A DNA stretch of 36,499 bases from Catajapyx aquilonaris (GCA_000934665.2 JYFJ02000973.1:62001-98499), one strand, 5' to 3'; shown: positions 24,781-36,061, numbered from the stretch's first letter. Numbers and translations are program-made. Notes: generated by a model from the letters alone, not told the origin.

Positions 24781-25165
24781 AACCTCTTAGGTTCGTTCCA
24801 GAGATTTGGCAACGTCTCAAACTTCGCCCACTTTGTCCCGCCCCCTCCAAGCGTAGCGTTGGAAATAAGTGCAACACAGTACATCCACTAAGCCCATAGG
24901 GTTTCTCAACCGGCGTTCCGCTAACAATTGCTAGGGATTCCGCGAGAAATAGTGACTATATAGGCTAATATTGTATACCGTATAAATGTGTACGTGTGTG
25001 CTATTAATTGATATATAATAATTTTTAGGTAGAGGTTCCCTGAGACATGAATGTGATTTCAAGGGTTCCCCAATATAGTAAAAACGCTGAGAAACCCTGC
25101 ACTAGACTATACAAAGAGTTTACCAGATATCATTGATAATGCTAACCCTGCCCGCTGCGCTCGTC
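24781..25165. mobile_element. Family R2 copy (inverted), split by a hAT MITE
   Basis: 24781-24890 and 25100-25165 each match, as reverse complement, consecutive parts of 21128-21323 and 23292-23460. Confidence 0.7.
24897..25099. mobile_element. hAT (Charlie-like) MITE, about 203 bp
   Basis: TIRs TAGGGTTTCTCAAC / GCTGAGAAACCCTG and internal GGGTTCC motifs. The right flank CACTAGAC fits the Charlie-type NNCTAGAN target; the left TSD is degenerate. Confidence 0.75.
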
Positions 25166-25781
25166 TGAGTTCCTTAACAAAAATCATCTGTACATACCAG
25201 TAAGAAAGTGTGGAGTTGGGCAGTATACCACCCAGTATATAGCTAGTTGGGTGTGAATTGATGCCTTTGTTTTTGTTTCACCTCTTTGTTTACAAGGGCT
25301 TGAGGTGCAATCGCGGCTTTTTGTTGGCGCGGCTTGGATATAAGTTGCTAACAGCACTGCCAGGCAAGGCGATTGAAGCCTGGAAAAATGGTGCAGATGT
25401 TTTCATGCGTATAAGGGGGATTGCGCGAGACGGGGGAGGGGTTATACACTACCGCAGTTTACCGCTTGCGTAACTGTAAATGGTGCGTTGAAGCTCGGGC
25501 CGATTAACCCGAGTGATTTGTTTTGGATTGACGCAATAATTGTGCAAGTGGCTACTTACATGTGTAATGCTGGTGTCGCATGCAGCTCTGGGGAGGGGTT
25601 ATGTTCAGAGACAAAAGAGACCAATTCAACTGAAGCATTCTGTTTACCTGATTATGCGCCATGATACCATCGGGTATTTCCATTGCATATATACTGGGCT
25701 AAAATCATTCCAGATATCACCCTATAAGTGTCTTTAGAGGTTTACACTTTGTTTAGACTACTGTCCTGTAGTACGTACGTT

Positions 25782-26630
25782 TAGGAGTAAGTTAGTAGTA
25801 CTTTAGTGATACGTCTAGTAGTAAGTTAGTAGTACTTTAGTGATACGTCTAGTAGTAAGTTAGTAGTACTTTAGTGATACGTCTAGTAGTAAGTTAGTAG
25901 TACTTTAGTGATACGTCTAGTTGTAAGTTAGTGATACGTCCAGTAGTAGGTTAGTAATATGGTACGTTTTGGAGTAAAGGCTAAACTTACTACTAAATGT
26001 ATCACTAAAGTACTACTAAATGTATCACTAAAGTACTACTAAATGTATCACTAAAGTACTACTAACTTACTACTAAATGTATCACTAAAGTACTACTAAC
26101 TTACTACTAAATGTATCACTAAAGTACTAACTTACTACTAAATGTATCACTAAAGTACTACTAACTTACTACTAAATGTATCACTAAAGTACTACTAACT
26201 TACTACTAAATGTATCACTAAAGTACTACTAACTTACTACTAAATGTATCACTAAAGTACTACTAACTTACTACTAAATGTATCACTAAAGTACTACTAA
26301 CTACTACTAAATGTATCACTAAAGTACTACTACTAACTTACTACTAAATGTATCACTAAAGTACTACTACTAACTTACAACTAAATGTATCACTAAAGTA
26401 CTACTAAGTACTAAACTCACTACTAATAAATTTAGTAGTAGTTAGTAGTACTTTAGTGATACATTTAGTAGTAAGTTTAGTAGTACTTTAGTAGTAAGTT
26501 TAGTAGTACTTTAGTAGTGAATTAGTAGTACTTTAGTAGTGAATTAGTAGTACTTTAGTAGTGAATTAGTAGTACTTTAGTAGTGAATTAGTGGTAAGTT
26601 TAGTAGTACTTTAGTAGCGCGTTTGGTAGT
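25782..26630. repeat. 34-bp minisatellite in three blocks of alternating orientation
   Basis: TAGTAGTAAGTTAGTAGTACTTTAGTGATACGTC at about 25782-25980. Reverse-complement variant TACTACTAACTTACTACTAAATGTATCACTAAAG at about 25981-26428. Forward again at 26431-26630, with a derived 22-bp unit. Confidence 0.95.
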
Positions 26631-27324
26631 GCATTACGTACAAAATTGTCAACCAAGTCACACATTGTCCAGCCCCCATAAAGCTGTCATTTGGTCAGAA
26701 AAAAACTCCTCAGTATTTCATTCTCGTTTCTATCTCTCTCTTTCGGCCATTCCCCATTTCCCCACCTGTCTCTCCCATTTCTTGTTAGTCTTTTCCAAAA
26801 AAAGAGAGAGAGAGAGGGTGTGGCCAGCATCTAATATGGACAGCGCGTAGTTACAGGGTGTTATTGAGAGTCCGTTCCGTGTCTGCCCTTTTCCCCCGGA
26901 TGATTAAAGTTGTGAGCCTCCGAAATATCGCGTGAGGATTGAGAATAAGTGGAAGGGCCAACCATATAGCAACATGAGATGAAGTCAATTGAAGAGAAAA
27001 AGGAAGAAGAAGAGAGAGTATATGTGGTTTTGAGAGGCTGCTCATGCTTTGTTCAGGTGCTTCGACTATTGTGGGGGTTTGCAGGAAATGGGGGAATAAC
27101 ACTGAGAGAAAATTGGGGGGTGCTTCCTTGATCTTTGCTACGTGTCGTGGGTGCATGATGGCGCAGAATTTGGAGAAGTGAAAATGAAGGCTGAAGGGAA
27201 TATAATGAACGTTGTCGGGTTTTTAAAGAAAAAAATTGAGACCACTTGTTTAATCAGAAAATTAGTGTCGAATTCAGTGGCAGAATACAGACTACGATAC
27301 TTCCATCGCCTCGTCGGCCACTAT

Positions 27325-27730
27325 ACTTAACAATTGAAAGTCATGCATACAAACCGTCATTTTTCTCCACAAAATGTATCAAAATGTACGTAATTAATAA
27401 CAATCTGATCCATTAATCAAATATCTTGTCATGATACACTAAATAATATTAAACTATTCAAGAGCAATTGACATACATAAATTATGCAAATAAGCAGAGG
27501 TAAATTAAAATAATTTTGGGAGTAATTATTCCATCCAACAGGACTAAAAATTATTTGAAGTAATAATGACTCCATATAGTGACACAAACTTGTATGATTT
27601 GCAAGAGTTCCTAAATTTAAAGGAGATGCCAATAATGAAAGGGTTGAAAATATTATATTTAACATTCATGTGTTTAAAAATAATTAAAAGCAAACATCGT
27701 AAATTATAAATATTGCAATCTGTGCAGAAC
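27325..27730. promoter_or_regulatory. Candidate conserved non-coding element / developmental enhancer
   Basis: Non-repetitive, very AT-rich, dense in TAAT/ATTA sites. Pbx-Hox type CCATTAATCA at 27410-27419 and octamer ATGCAAAT at 27484-27491. Compositional inference only. Confidence 0.4.
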
Positions 27731-28553
27731 ACATGCCCTTTTCATCAGATATGCACACATACTGTATGGCTACACCTTATGGGCTTGTATACGTAGGCCT
27801 ACAGTTTAAATTAAAAATTGCATGACAACACGTGGATTTTAAATTATTTAAAAAAAATATATTGCCAGGATATTTCATACATTACATTGTAAAGCTCATT
27901 ATCTCAGTAACGAGACCTTGGAGACCAAAAATGACACCTCTAGTGTATATAAAGCGATGACATTTTTGGTTGGTGACAATAATTGTGGGCACAATTCAGC
28001 ATGATCATAACCCGAATTGCGATGTAACTGTCACCATATCTCGTGACGATTTTGACTTCGCTCACCAGAAAAGGTCAATTTATCACTGACCTTTTTGTGC
28101 ACTACGACTCCATCACTGTTTGCGATATAGGAAAAAAAATAGATGATAGAATTTTTATGGATTTTTTTCCCCCGTTGAACTTGTGAGCCATTCAGAGCAT
28201 TATGCAAATTTTTAGGAAAGTTATTTGGCAAATTTGGCTCGTAAATAAAACTTAGTGGTGGTTAAAAAGTGCTTGTGGTAAGAGCAGAAAAAAATAGTGC
28301 TGGAGGAAAATGTCCCGTACTTTCTATAATGGAGCAATCATTCTTATAAAAACAAGGTCTACTGTCAAATATATTCTTTTGGCTACGGCTTTTACTTTCG
28401 AGTGGAAATATTTGCATAAAATAGGCGAAATATGTGTCTTGAATGTTGGATACGCTCTTAGTTTGACCAACTTGATCAATTTTTTTGTGGAAGAAAAAGA
28501 ATTACTAGTAGTTGAAATCTATTTTGAATTTCAACCGATTACTTCACGGAGAA

Positions 28554-29322
28554 TCTTTAAACATAAACGGGAACGTTTGTTGGTATGTATGTTTGTCTGG
28601 GCTCTCTAACCCACTTTAAGACTACTGAGAGTTTACTGAAACTTGCTTCATTATCACATACAGGGTGATCCAACTCTGTGGCACCAACAGTTATTGGAAA
28701 AATCAACAAGCTGCTTGTTTATAAGCAGGTCGTTGCTAAGAGATCAATAAGAGTTACTTTCTGGAGAATCGGGAATAGCACCTGCTGATATTAGGTCCAA
28801 TGCCCATGTAACAATATTAATGAGGGAAAAAAGGGTCATCCGTGGGAAACAGGCTGTTCTGGTGTTCGCTGGAGGGTTTCACATGAGGTCACTAGCTGCC
28901 AAACCAAAGGTCTAATCCGTCGGAACTGGACAGACCCGGGTGTGTCAATAAATAGGCCTTCTGGTCTGTTCATTGTTGGCCGCAGTTGGCAAAACTGAGA
29001 CAGGTCAACAGGCAGCGTTGTTTAGTTACCAGCAAATAAAATATTATTGTTACATGGCCATTGGACCTAATATCAGCAGGTGCTATTCCCGATTCTCCAG
29101 AAAGAGCCAGAAAGCATCTCTTAGCAACGACTTGCTTATAAACAAGCAGCTTGCGCGATTTTTTCAATAACTACTGGTGCCATAGAGTTGGATCACCCTG
29201 TATGTAAAAAGAATAATGTTTGATGAAACTAGTTTCAGCAAACTCTCAGTAGTCTTAAAGTGGGTTAGATAGCCCGGACAAGCATATATACCAACAAACC
29301 TTTCCGTTTATATATACATAGA
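28554..29322. mobile_element. Composite foldback: inverted Helitron-like 5' ends around a mariner MITE
   Basis: Outer arms 28554-28656 and 29221-29322 are inverted homologues that begin TCTTTAAACATAAACGGGAAC and TCTATGTATATATAAACGGAAA (rc). Confidence 0.75.
28661..29200. mobile_element. Tc1/mariner MITE, 540 bp, about 156-bp TIRs
   Basis: TA|CAGGGTGATCCAACTCT ... AGAGTTGGATCACCCTG|TA. Arms 28661-28816 and 29045-29200 are imperfect inverted repeats; TA duplication at both ends. Confidence 0.92.
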
Positions 29323-30403
29323 AATTCATGCTGTATGTATGATTGTGTGTGTTTGAATGTGTATTTTGTAGCAGCTGCACGTTAATTCGGGTTTTAATGA
29401 TAGCCCAAGCTTAACTATAACAAAGCGGCAATGTATAGACTTTCCATTGTTACCGATTTAAAAATTTGTTAAGAATGAGACTGACAATCCGGATTTGGAA
29501 TCTATTTTTCTCCAGGGGTTACATATGTCAGATTCACACCGCCAACGATACATTTAAGCTATTAAATGCTGGGCTTTATTAAGTTCTTTCACTGCATCGA
29601 TTTTTTTTAAATCCTGCTCGACATGCCTGCAAGGCCTGGTATATTTAATTGCCCGAAAAAGGTTGTCAATATTTTAATGCTCCCGGTGTTTGAAGTGTCG
29701 GTTCCACCACACACCCCCCTGAATTACACATGGCGTTTCATCATCCGCCATTTTCACTGCTCAGCTCCATTTATGCGTCGTCACGGCTTAACCCTCACAT
29801 CAAAAATTAAACCACGCAAACCCTTCTTTTTTTTTCAAATAATCAACGCACAGGACACGCACAAATGTCAGGTAAAATTAATATGCCTCTAATGAACCTG
29901 TTGCGAATGATAAATTATTCCTATGGCAGTATCTGGGGGGTAGTCAACAGAGCGCATAATTATTTCGAAGGTGATGCATATTTATGCTTTGTTGAGCAAC
30001 AGTCTATCGCCCGGATTCAATGATCCGGTTTGCACTATGATAGTTTTTTTTTCCAACCATCTATCAGTTGGGTTGGGGGGGGGGGGNGGAAACCAATTTG
30101 CGATGGGACCCACAGTTTGTGTTGTCATCGCTGATCGGTTCGTGTGTCAGTCCGGTGCTTTTGCGGTGAGATATCGCGTACTTTGTGGGATTATTATCTG
30201 CGGTTTTTGGAACCGGATTTATGCAGTGTCGGTCATGCGACGGGAATTGCTTGTGACATTGCCGCGCCGGAGATGGATTGGGTTTTTGTGTGCAAACTGT
30301 AAAGTCACTTACACAGATGACTGAGTTTATTAATTCATTTTTTTTGTGTGTGTGCGTGTGTGACGGTATTTTGCGCCTGCAGGTTATGCTTTCGGTGAGG
30401 CAG

Positions 30404-30955
30404 GAGAGGTTGATGGGTTGAGAGTGTTTTAGGATAAGATTTATTAACACTCATCAAGATCCTCATAATTAGTTTAGCCACCATGGCGCATGTGTCGAAT
30501 TTTCATCTCACTGCTATAGTTACTGCTAACTTAGCAGTACTATTGCCAACACTGGTACGTTAGCAGTAACTAGCAGTGGGACGAAAATTCGACACCACAT
30601 CACTTTATGACAATGGTGTCAGAAGCTTCTATACCCTAAGAGTTCTACAAACAAAACACGAATAAATAAATAAATAAATAATATGCTTTGAACACCCCAC
30701 AGGTTTGGCTCAGATTGTGTCTGGTGTTATTTAGGGACACCCTGTACATTAGGAGGTTGATGGGTTGCGAGTGTTTTAGGATAAAAATTATTAGCAAAAA
30801 CAATTTTGGGGATCACTTCATGTAAAAGTGTCAGAATCCTCTATACATCAGGAGTAAAATAAATGAACAAACAAACAAATAGAATTCGAAACCCTACAAT
30901 TATTTCAACTCCAATTGTTTCTGGTGATGTTATGGGACATCCTGTACATTAGAGG
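30404..30955. repeat. Two tandem about 200-bp units, each ending in a mariner-type terminus
   Basis: GAGGTTGATGGGTTG.GAGTGTTTTAGGATAA at about 30405 and 30753. GTGTCAGAA..CTATAC at about 30616 and 30828. GGGACA(C/T)CCTGTACATTAG at about 30733 and 30934. Confidence 0.8.
30492..30595. mobile_element. Small hairpin MITE (104 bp) inside the first tandem unit
   Basis: GTGTCGAATTTTCATCTCACTGCTATAGTTACTGCTAAC pairs with GTTAGCAGTAACTAGCAGTGGGACGAAAATTCGACAC. Absent from the second unit. Confidence 0.75.
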
Positions 30956-31276
30956 TGAAATTATGTCATAATGTGTGGGGGGGTTTGTCTAAATATTGGC
31001 AATGCAATTGTCAGCGTTTTCAAATATTAACATGTTGGCACATTGAACGGCGGGTAAGTCACGTATATGGTCAATATTTGCAGTATTTTTTTTTATTTGC
31101 GAAATTATTTGATGCGGGCTGGAAAATGTGGGCGCGGGCCTGGTATTTAATTTACGCAATTGTTCGGTAAACGTTGCGCAAAACAATGGGAATATTATAT
31201 CAGTTGTGTTTTGTAAGAAATATTGTAATAATTTGTGTAAGGAATTACTGAACGGCCTCATAAAAATACTCGTAAG

Positions 31277-31606
31277 TTATATAAAAATTAACATCTTTCG
31301 TTGGATCTGGTATGGCCGAGGCTTTGGATTGGCCCACCATTTGTAGTATCCCGACAACTGGCTGCCGTGTCAATTGGCTGCTAGAAAACTGGCCGCCGGT
31401 CAATTGGCTGCCGGTCATTTCGATGCTGCCTTTTAGTCGCTGATTAAATTGGTCCACCAAATGTCACGGCAGCCAAATGACCGGCAAGCAATTGTCCGGC
31501 AGCCAAGAGTCGTAGATTCGTTACCGCGACGCTACCAATTGGCCCCGTTCTGCGCCTGCGCAATGGGGAGATGCAGCGCCTCTGGTGGATGGGACGAGGT
31601 ACTATA
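31277..31606 (+). mobile_element. Second copy of the 1136-1327 Helitron-like element, interrupted
   Basis: TATAAAAATTAACATCTTTCGTTG..GATTGG.CC.CC..[insert]..GTTACCGCGACGCT.CC.ATTGG..TGCGC.TGCGCAATGGGG..GCAGCGCCTCTGG.GG..GAGG.ACTAT. Confidence 0.8.
31346..31519. mobile_element. MITE with TIRs built of about 15-bp tandem repeats
   Basis: CAA(C/T)TGGC(T/C)GCCG repeats on the left and CGGCAGCCAA repeats on the right; missing from the paralogous copy near 1199. Superfamily and TSD unresolved. Confidence 0.75.
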
Positions 31607-32603
31607 GTATATGAACTGCTAGGTTCACATCAGGATTTTACACAGCATGAGCAATATTGCGGACGTTATTAGTATATAATCCTCCAGTATGATCACAGCG
31701 TGTCAGGTTTAAATCGACCCTTTTGTGGCATTTTATTGGCTATGAATGGCCAACCATCCCCAATATCAATATCTATTTTTTAATCCCCCCCCCCCTTCCC
31801 TCCTCCAATATGTAAACATGCCTCCGTCACGCTTGAAGTGTCGCACTTTTGAACGTTCGATCATAAAATATTAAATCCACTTCCAGGACAGTCAAAAAAA
31901 AAACTTTTATTGTCGAATCTAAAAAGCGAGTGACCTCTTCCTCCGAGTGGTACTGTTGCGATCTCTAAGATCACCTCCCGAGGTTTTGTGGTCCAAGTTA
32001 TTTATGACATCCTCCCGCTTCCTGCTGCCGCAATTTTTTTTTTCATACTCGTCTTCTTCTTCTTATTCTTTCTGCCATGGAATCTCAAATGAGATTTTCA
32101 GTGGAGATTTGAATGTATGGTGCAGCTCATAACGTATGCAGGTCCTGGCCAAAAGAAAGTTCAAGAGTAAGGAGAGAAAACTAGGTTGTATATCACTCTG
32201 TTATAATGTTGCAAAAAAAAAACTTTTTTTCGTTGTTTTTCGTGTTTTTTTTTTTTTTTGAAATCCACTTTTGGCGGAAGTGCAGTCCATCAGTTTTGTT
32301 CGCATATAAAATGGGTGAAGTGGGTGCGACAATGTGACAGAATTGTAATGGTGCTGGAAAGTGCAATAAGTGCCTCGCGAAACTGTGCCCTAGGTATGGG
32401 AACAATCATTTTCAATAAACGAGCCTGGTTTGAATGCGAACAATGCGCAAATTCATGCGAAGTAATTGGAGCCGTTTGTGTGCATCATTATATCCGTGGT
32501 GTGTTTGACCTCGTCACTGGAAATGGTTATGGAGACATTTCTCATACAAAAACTTGGCAACACTGCCCGGATCGCCTCACACTTGCACGTAGTACAAAAT
32601 GCC

Positions 32604-32720
32604 ACTAGCAGGTGGCGTAATGCTTCCTCTCTGCACCCTACTGCCGATGTGTGGAGGAAAGTAGTACTATATCCACGTTGGTGATGAGTCGCCGTGGACA
32701 GACAGTCTCGCCTAGTCAAT
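32604..32720 (+). repeat. Dispersed repeat family R1, copy 4 (truncated)
   Basis: AGGTGGCG..CTCTCTGCACCCTACTGCC..AAAGTAGTACTA..CACGTTGGTGATGAGTC..GGACA..GTCTCGCCT. Confidence 0.8.
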
Positions 32721-32724
32721 TATA

Positions 32725-33047
32725 CAGGGTGTTTCAACTTTTTTGTCCGAACAGTTATCGGAAATATTGCACATAGCTGCTACTTTGTAAGCAGTGACTT
32801 GCCAACGGTGATTTTTCGGAGGAACGGGGAATATTCCCTGCGAATCGTAGGTTGAAGTGGCTGCCCTCTGAAAATTGATGATCAAGCCTGGAAAAAATAG
32901 GGTCACACATGCCATGCGATGTGTGACCCTCTTTTTCCCCATTCCCCATTCCTCCGACAAATCACTGGTTGCAAGTCACTGCTTATAAAGTAGCAGCTAC
33001 TTGCAATTTTCCGATAACTGTTCGGACAAAAAAGTTGAAACACCCTG
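32725..33047. mobile_element. Tc1/mariner MITE, 323 bp, about 105-bp TIRs
   Basis: TA|CAGGGTGTTTCAACTTTTTTGTCCGAACAGTTATCGGAAA ... TTTCCGATAACTGTTCGGACAAAAAAGTTGAAACACCCTG|TA. Internal hairpin AGGGTCACACAT/ATGTGTGACCCT at about 32899-32931. Confidence 0.95.
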
Positions 33048-33112
33048 TATAGATGTTTTTTTAACGAACGTAAGTCCATTGTTCCGACAACAACATTGCC
33101 ACAGTTACTTCT

Positions 33113-33243
33113 CAGCTAGCCTCTACGTTCCATCGCAGAGCCTTGGCAACATCGCAAAAGTCGGCCATATTGTTACTCCCTCAAGCGTAGTGTTGGAAAC
33201 AATTTGCGCGAACTGTGTTGCGCACTCGGTTTCGCTCATTTAG
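33113..33243. mobile_element. Family R2 copy (inverted, internally deleted)
   Basis: GTCGGCCAT..CAAGCGTAGTGTTGGAAA..TTGCGCGAACTGTGTTGCGCACTCGGTTT is the reverse complement of parts of 21128-21323. Confidence 0.75.
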
Positions 33244-35025
33244 AAAAAAATCATCTATGATTCTGCTGCACTGATATTTTCATAACAATTGCGATTTCTG
33301 GCAACATTGCTGTTTTCATAAATGTTTTCTATCCAATGCGGAAATTGCAGGTTACTTGAAACCATCTCGATGGAATAAGGGTTGAGGGAAATCAGATGCT
33401 GCAAATGTGATGAGAGAGAGAGAGAGATGGAGCAACGGAGCGAAGAGGTCATAGATTAATAATCCATTCTAGTTTTTTGCTGAAAAAAGAGAGTAGAGGG
33501 TAAGTTATATAGGACAGACTGGGGGCATTCATCCGAACCCACCTAATACTCGTGCATTAACCCTTCCTCTCCTCCTCCTCATTCTTTTTTTTCCATCTCA
33601 GTTTTTACGATACGTTCGGATATGAGGTGCTGGGGGTACAGTATATAGCTTGGGGTATTGCATGTTCATGCTGATAACGGCCACGGTTCACTTTCACATC
33701 GATTTATACTGTGAAAAATGCACAGTTTTTCCAGCAAAAAGGGTTGGGAGGCGAGGGAATGTGGCTCTAATTTTATGCCGCTGTAGCCAGCCAACCATTC
33801 GAGGCATATTTGAGGAGTCGTAAGTTATAGCTGCTTCAATAGAACATGCAAAGGTGGGTTTCAATAATTCATTAGATAAACTGCGGGTCATTAAAGGCTC
33901 AATCGAGTGTGTGCCTATATTAACGCGTCTGAACATAGGCAGTTTATATTGTTAGTATACACTTTTAATAGCTTTTGTTGTCTACAGTGCTCTCAAGGAC
34001 TCGTATTGCAGTAGGGTCCTACCCAGTGTCATATCTTATAAAATGCTTTTTATTATGCTGTATAATAATATGATTTTACTGTTAGTCATACTGCTGTATT
34101 GTTCATTTTCATTTTTATGGTGCTACTACGTGTTTATGATACATTTTCAAGTTGAATTTGCAATAAAATTAAAATTATTTTATCGAAGATGATTTTTCAG
34201 CATTTACGCTTTACTATTATGTCTTCATGCTATATTTTTAATTGCCTAGCTGGATTTGCAACAAAATTAGTTAATTATCAAAAATTGTTTTTCTGCACTT
34301 GGTTTGCCGAATTTATTATTTATTATCATGCTGTTTTCTTACAATGCATTATCATTATGCTTGCTTATGCTGTATTATTATTGTGCTATTTTATTATTAT
34401 GCTGGGTTTTTAATGAAACGGGCCGGACTTGAAATTCGATTAAAACCAAACGTTAAAAATTATTTTTCAGCAATATCCTGAGCACCGATGGTGTGGTCGT
34501 TAAGAGTAAAGTGCAGAGACCAAGGCGTAGACGCTATATTCGTGGGGTCGTTTGCTGACACTCCAAGTCCTTTATATAAGGACAGGCCCCCCCCTGTTAA
34601 GCATTGTTTTCATGCCATCTCACGGCTAGTGCCCTTCTCCAATTCCGAATAGTCATATTACGTGCAGAAGCACACTACTAGTACTACAAGAGGAGACCCC
34701 CTAGAAATGGAAGCGAGGCCTCCTCCAGCACTTAGGGATTCCAAACATGGAGCAAAAAGACTCCTCCCAAACCCAACCTCCCCCCAGCATTGCTCTTCCG
34801 CCCACGATTGTTTACATAAGGAGCCGCAGCGACAGAGTTCTCCTCCACCCCCCACCTTCCTTCCCTGTAAATCACTAATGACACTTTACACCCACGCAAA
34901 GATTTATTGCCGTGTAACTTTCCGGGGAAATTTCGACGACTTCGGTAAATTTCAAAATCTGCTGAAAATGTCGCCACGGTGGGGGGAAAAATCGACTAAT
35001 AATTAGTGACGTGCCAAGACCAATT

Positions 35026-35798
35026 GAATCGGTTTTAGGAAAAAGGATGTAAGTCACAAAAATACAACTTTTGGAGAATGACAAAAAACTGTTTATTCAA
35101 AGTCTACGAAAGCTACAGCAGTGAATGTTTACCAGTTCATTCCTGACATGAAGGTGATGTCTACGTATGAATATAGTTCTGAATAATATGTTCTGAAAGG
35201 CACTATGAAGTAAAATAGATAGTGACTTACACCGTTCCTACAGATTTCAGACATATGGAAAGAGCTTCCTCTCACACATTAGCAAAATAGTCTCCACTGC
35301 ATGAATCTGGGCTACCCATAATAGCTGAATTTAGTTACCATGACCATCAGCATCATCATCAGAAGTTTTCCATTGCAATATGTCGTCATAAAACGACATG
35401 TGCTCTGATGGAATGTATTGCATGAGTTTGCCTATGTCTTGCATTTTTTTGGCATCTATTGGCACGCCTGTGCAGTCATATGCTTGGTTTGTTGGCAAGC
35501 TAACCTCTGCACACTTCTGAAGCTTGAATATATTCATACTACGTCGTGTTGTGGAGGGTCGGCCATGTTTAGGTTTGACGTCACGTGCGCTTCATTTCTG
35601 GGAGGAAGGGGGTTAGTCACTGACTTAGGGCGTTATTCCAAGAATCATGAAATGAGAACATGTTGCTATTCGTGCATGGCTGGCCTGACTTACATCGTTC
35701 CTATACCAAAAGATGCCCCTTGCGTTGTACTATACCATCGACGAATAACCTGAAAATCGCAATTTTGTGACTTACATCCTTTTTCCTAAAACCGATTC
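35026..35798 (-). mobile_element. Internally deleted DNA transposon, probably Sola1, 773 bp
   Basis: Perfect 36-bp TIRs GAATCGGTTTTAGGAAAAAGGATGTAAGTCACAAAA at 35026-35061 and 35763-35798. Flanks AATT/AACT give a 4-bp TSD with 1 mismatch, fitting the Sola1 AWWT preference. Internal TIR-like TGACTTACA.CGTTCCTA at about 35223 and 35686. Element is certain; superfamily is less so. Confidence 0.85.
35331..35537 (-). pseudogene. Transposase C-terminal remnant (Sola1-like)
   Basis: AYDCTGVPIDAKKMQDIGKLMQYIPSEHMSFYDDILQW matches the Y..P+...K..D+..L..+IP..H..FY..L tail that I recall for Sola1-type transposases. It lies between the TIRs, with AATAAA downstream (35097-35092, minus strand). Confidence 0.65.
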
Positions 35799-35961
35799 AA
35801 CTTGTATGTCACTACTTCATGAAAATGATGATTGTCTGGAGGCATTCCGTGCGCTAAAATTTTGTGATCGGATCATGTTTTGATCATGCAGTAATAAAAG
35901 CACAAAATAATAATAATGACATAATAAGCCAGGAGTAAAATGCATAAAAACGTGCAGTAAG

Positions 35962-36008
35962 CTACTACTGCTACTACTGCGACTGCTGCTACGACACTGC
36001 TGCTGCTG

Positions 36009-36061
<53 letters not shown>

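Noticed and set aside
15110..30090. Single N bases in poly-C/G runs (15128, 17448, 19463, 20642, 21945, 30087)
   Set aside because: Homopolymer sequencing or assembly ambiguity, so run lengths are unreliable; not treated as biology.
34485..34580. tRNA or tRNA-derived SINE head
   Set aside because: Only a loose A-box-like word; no B box or cloverleaf.
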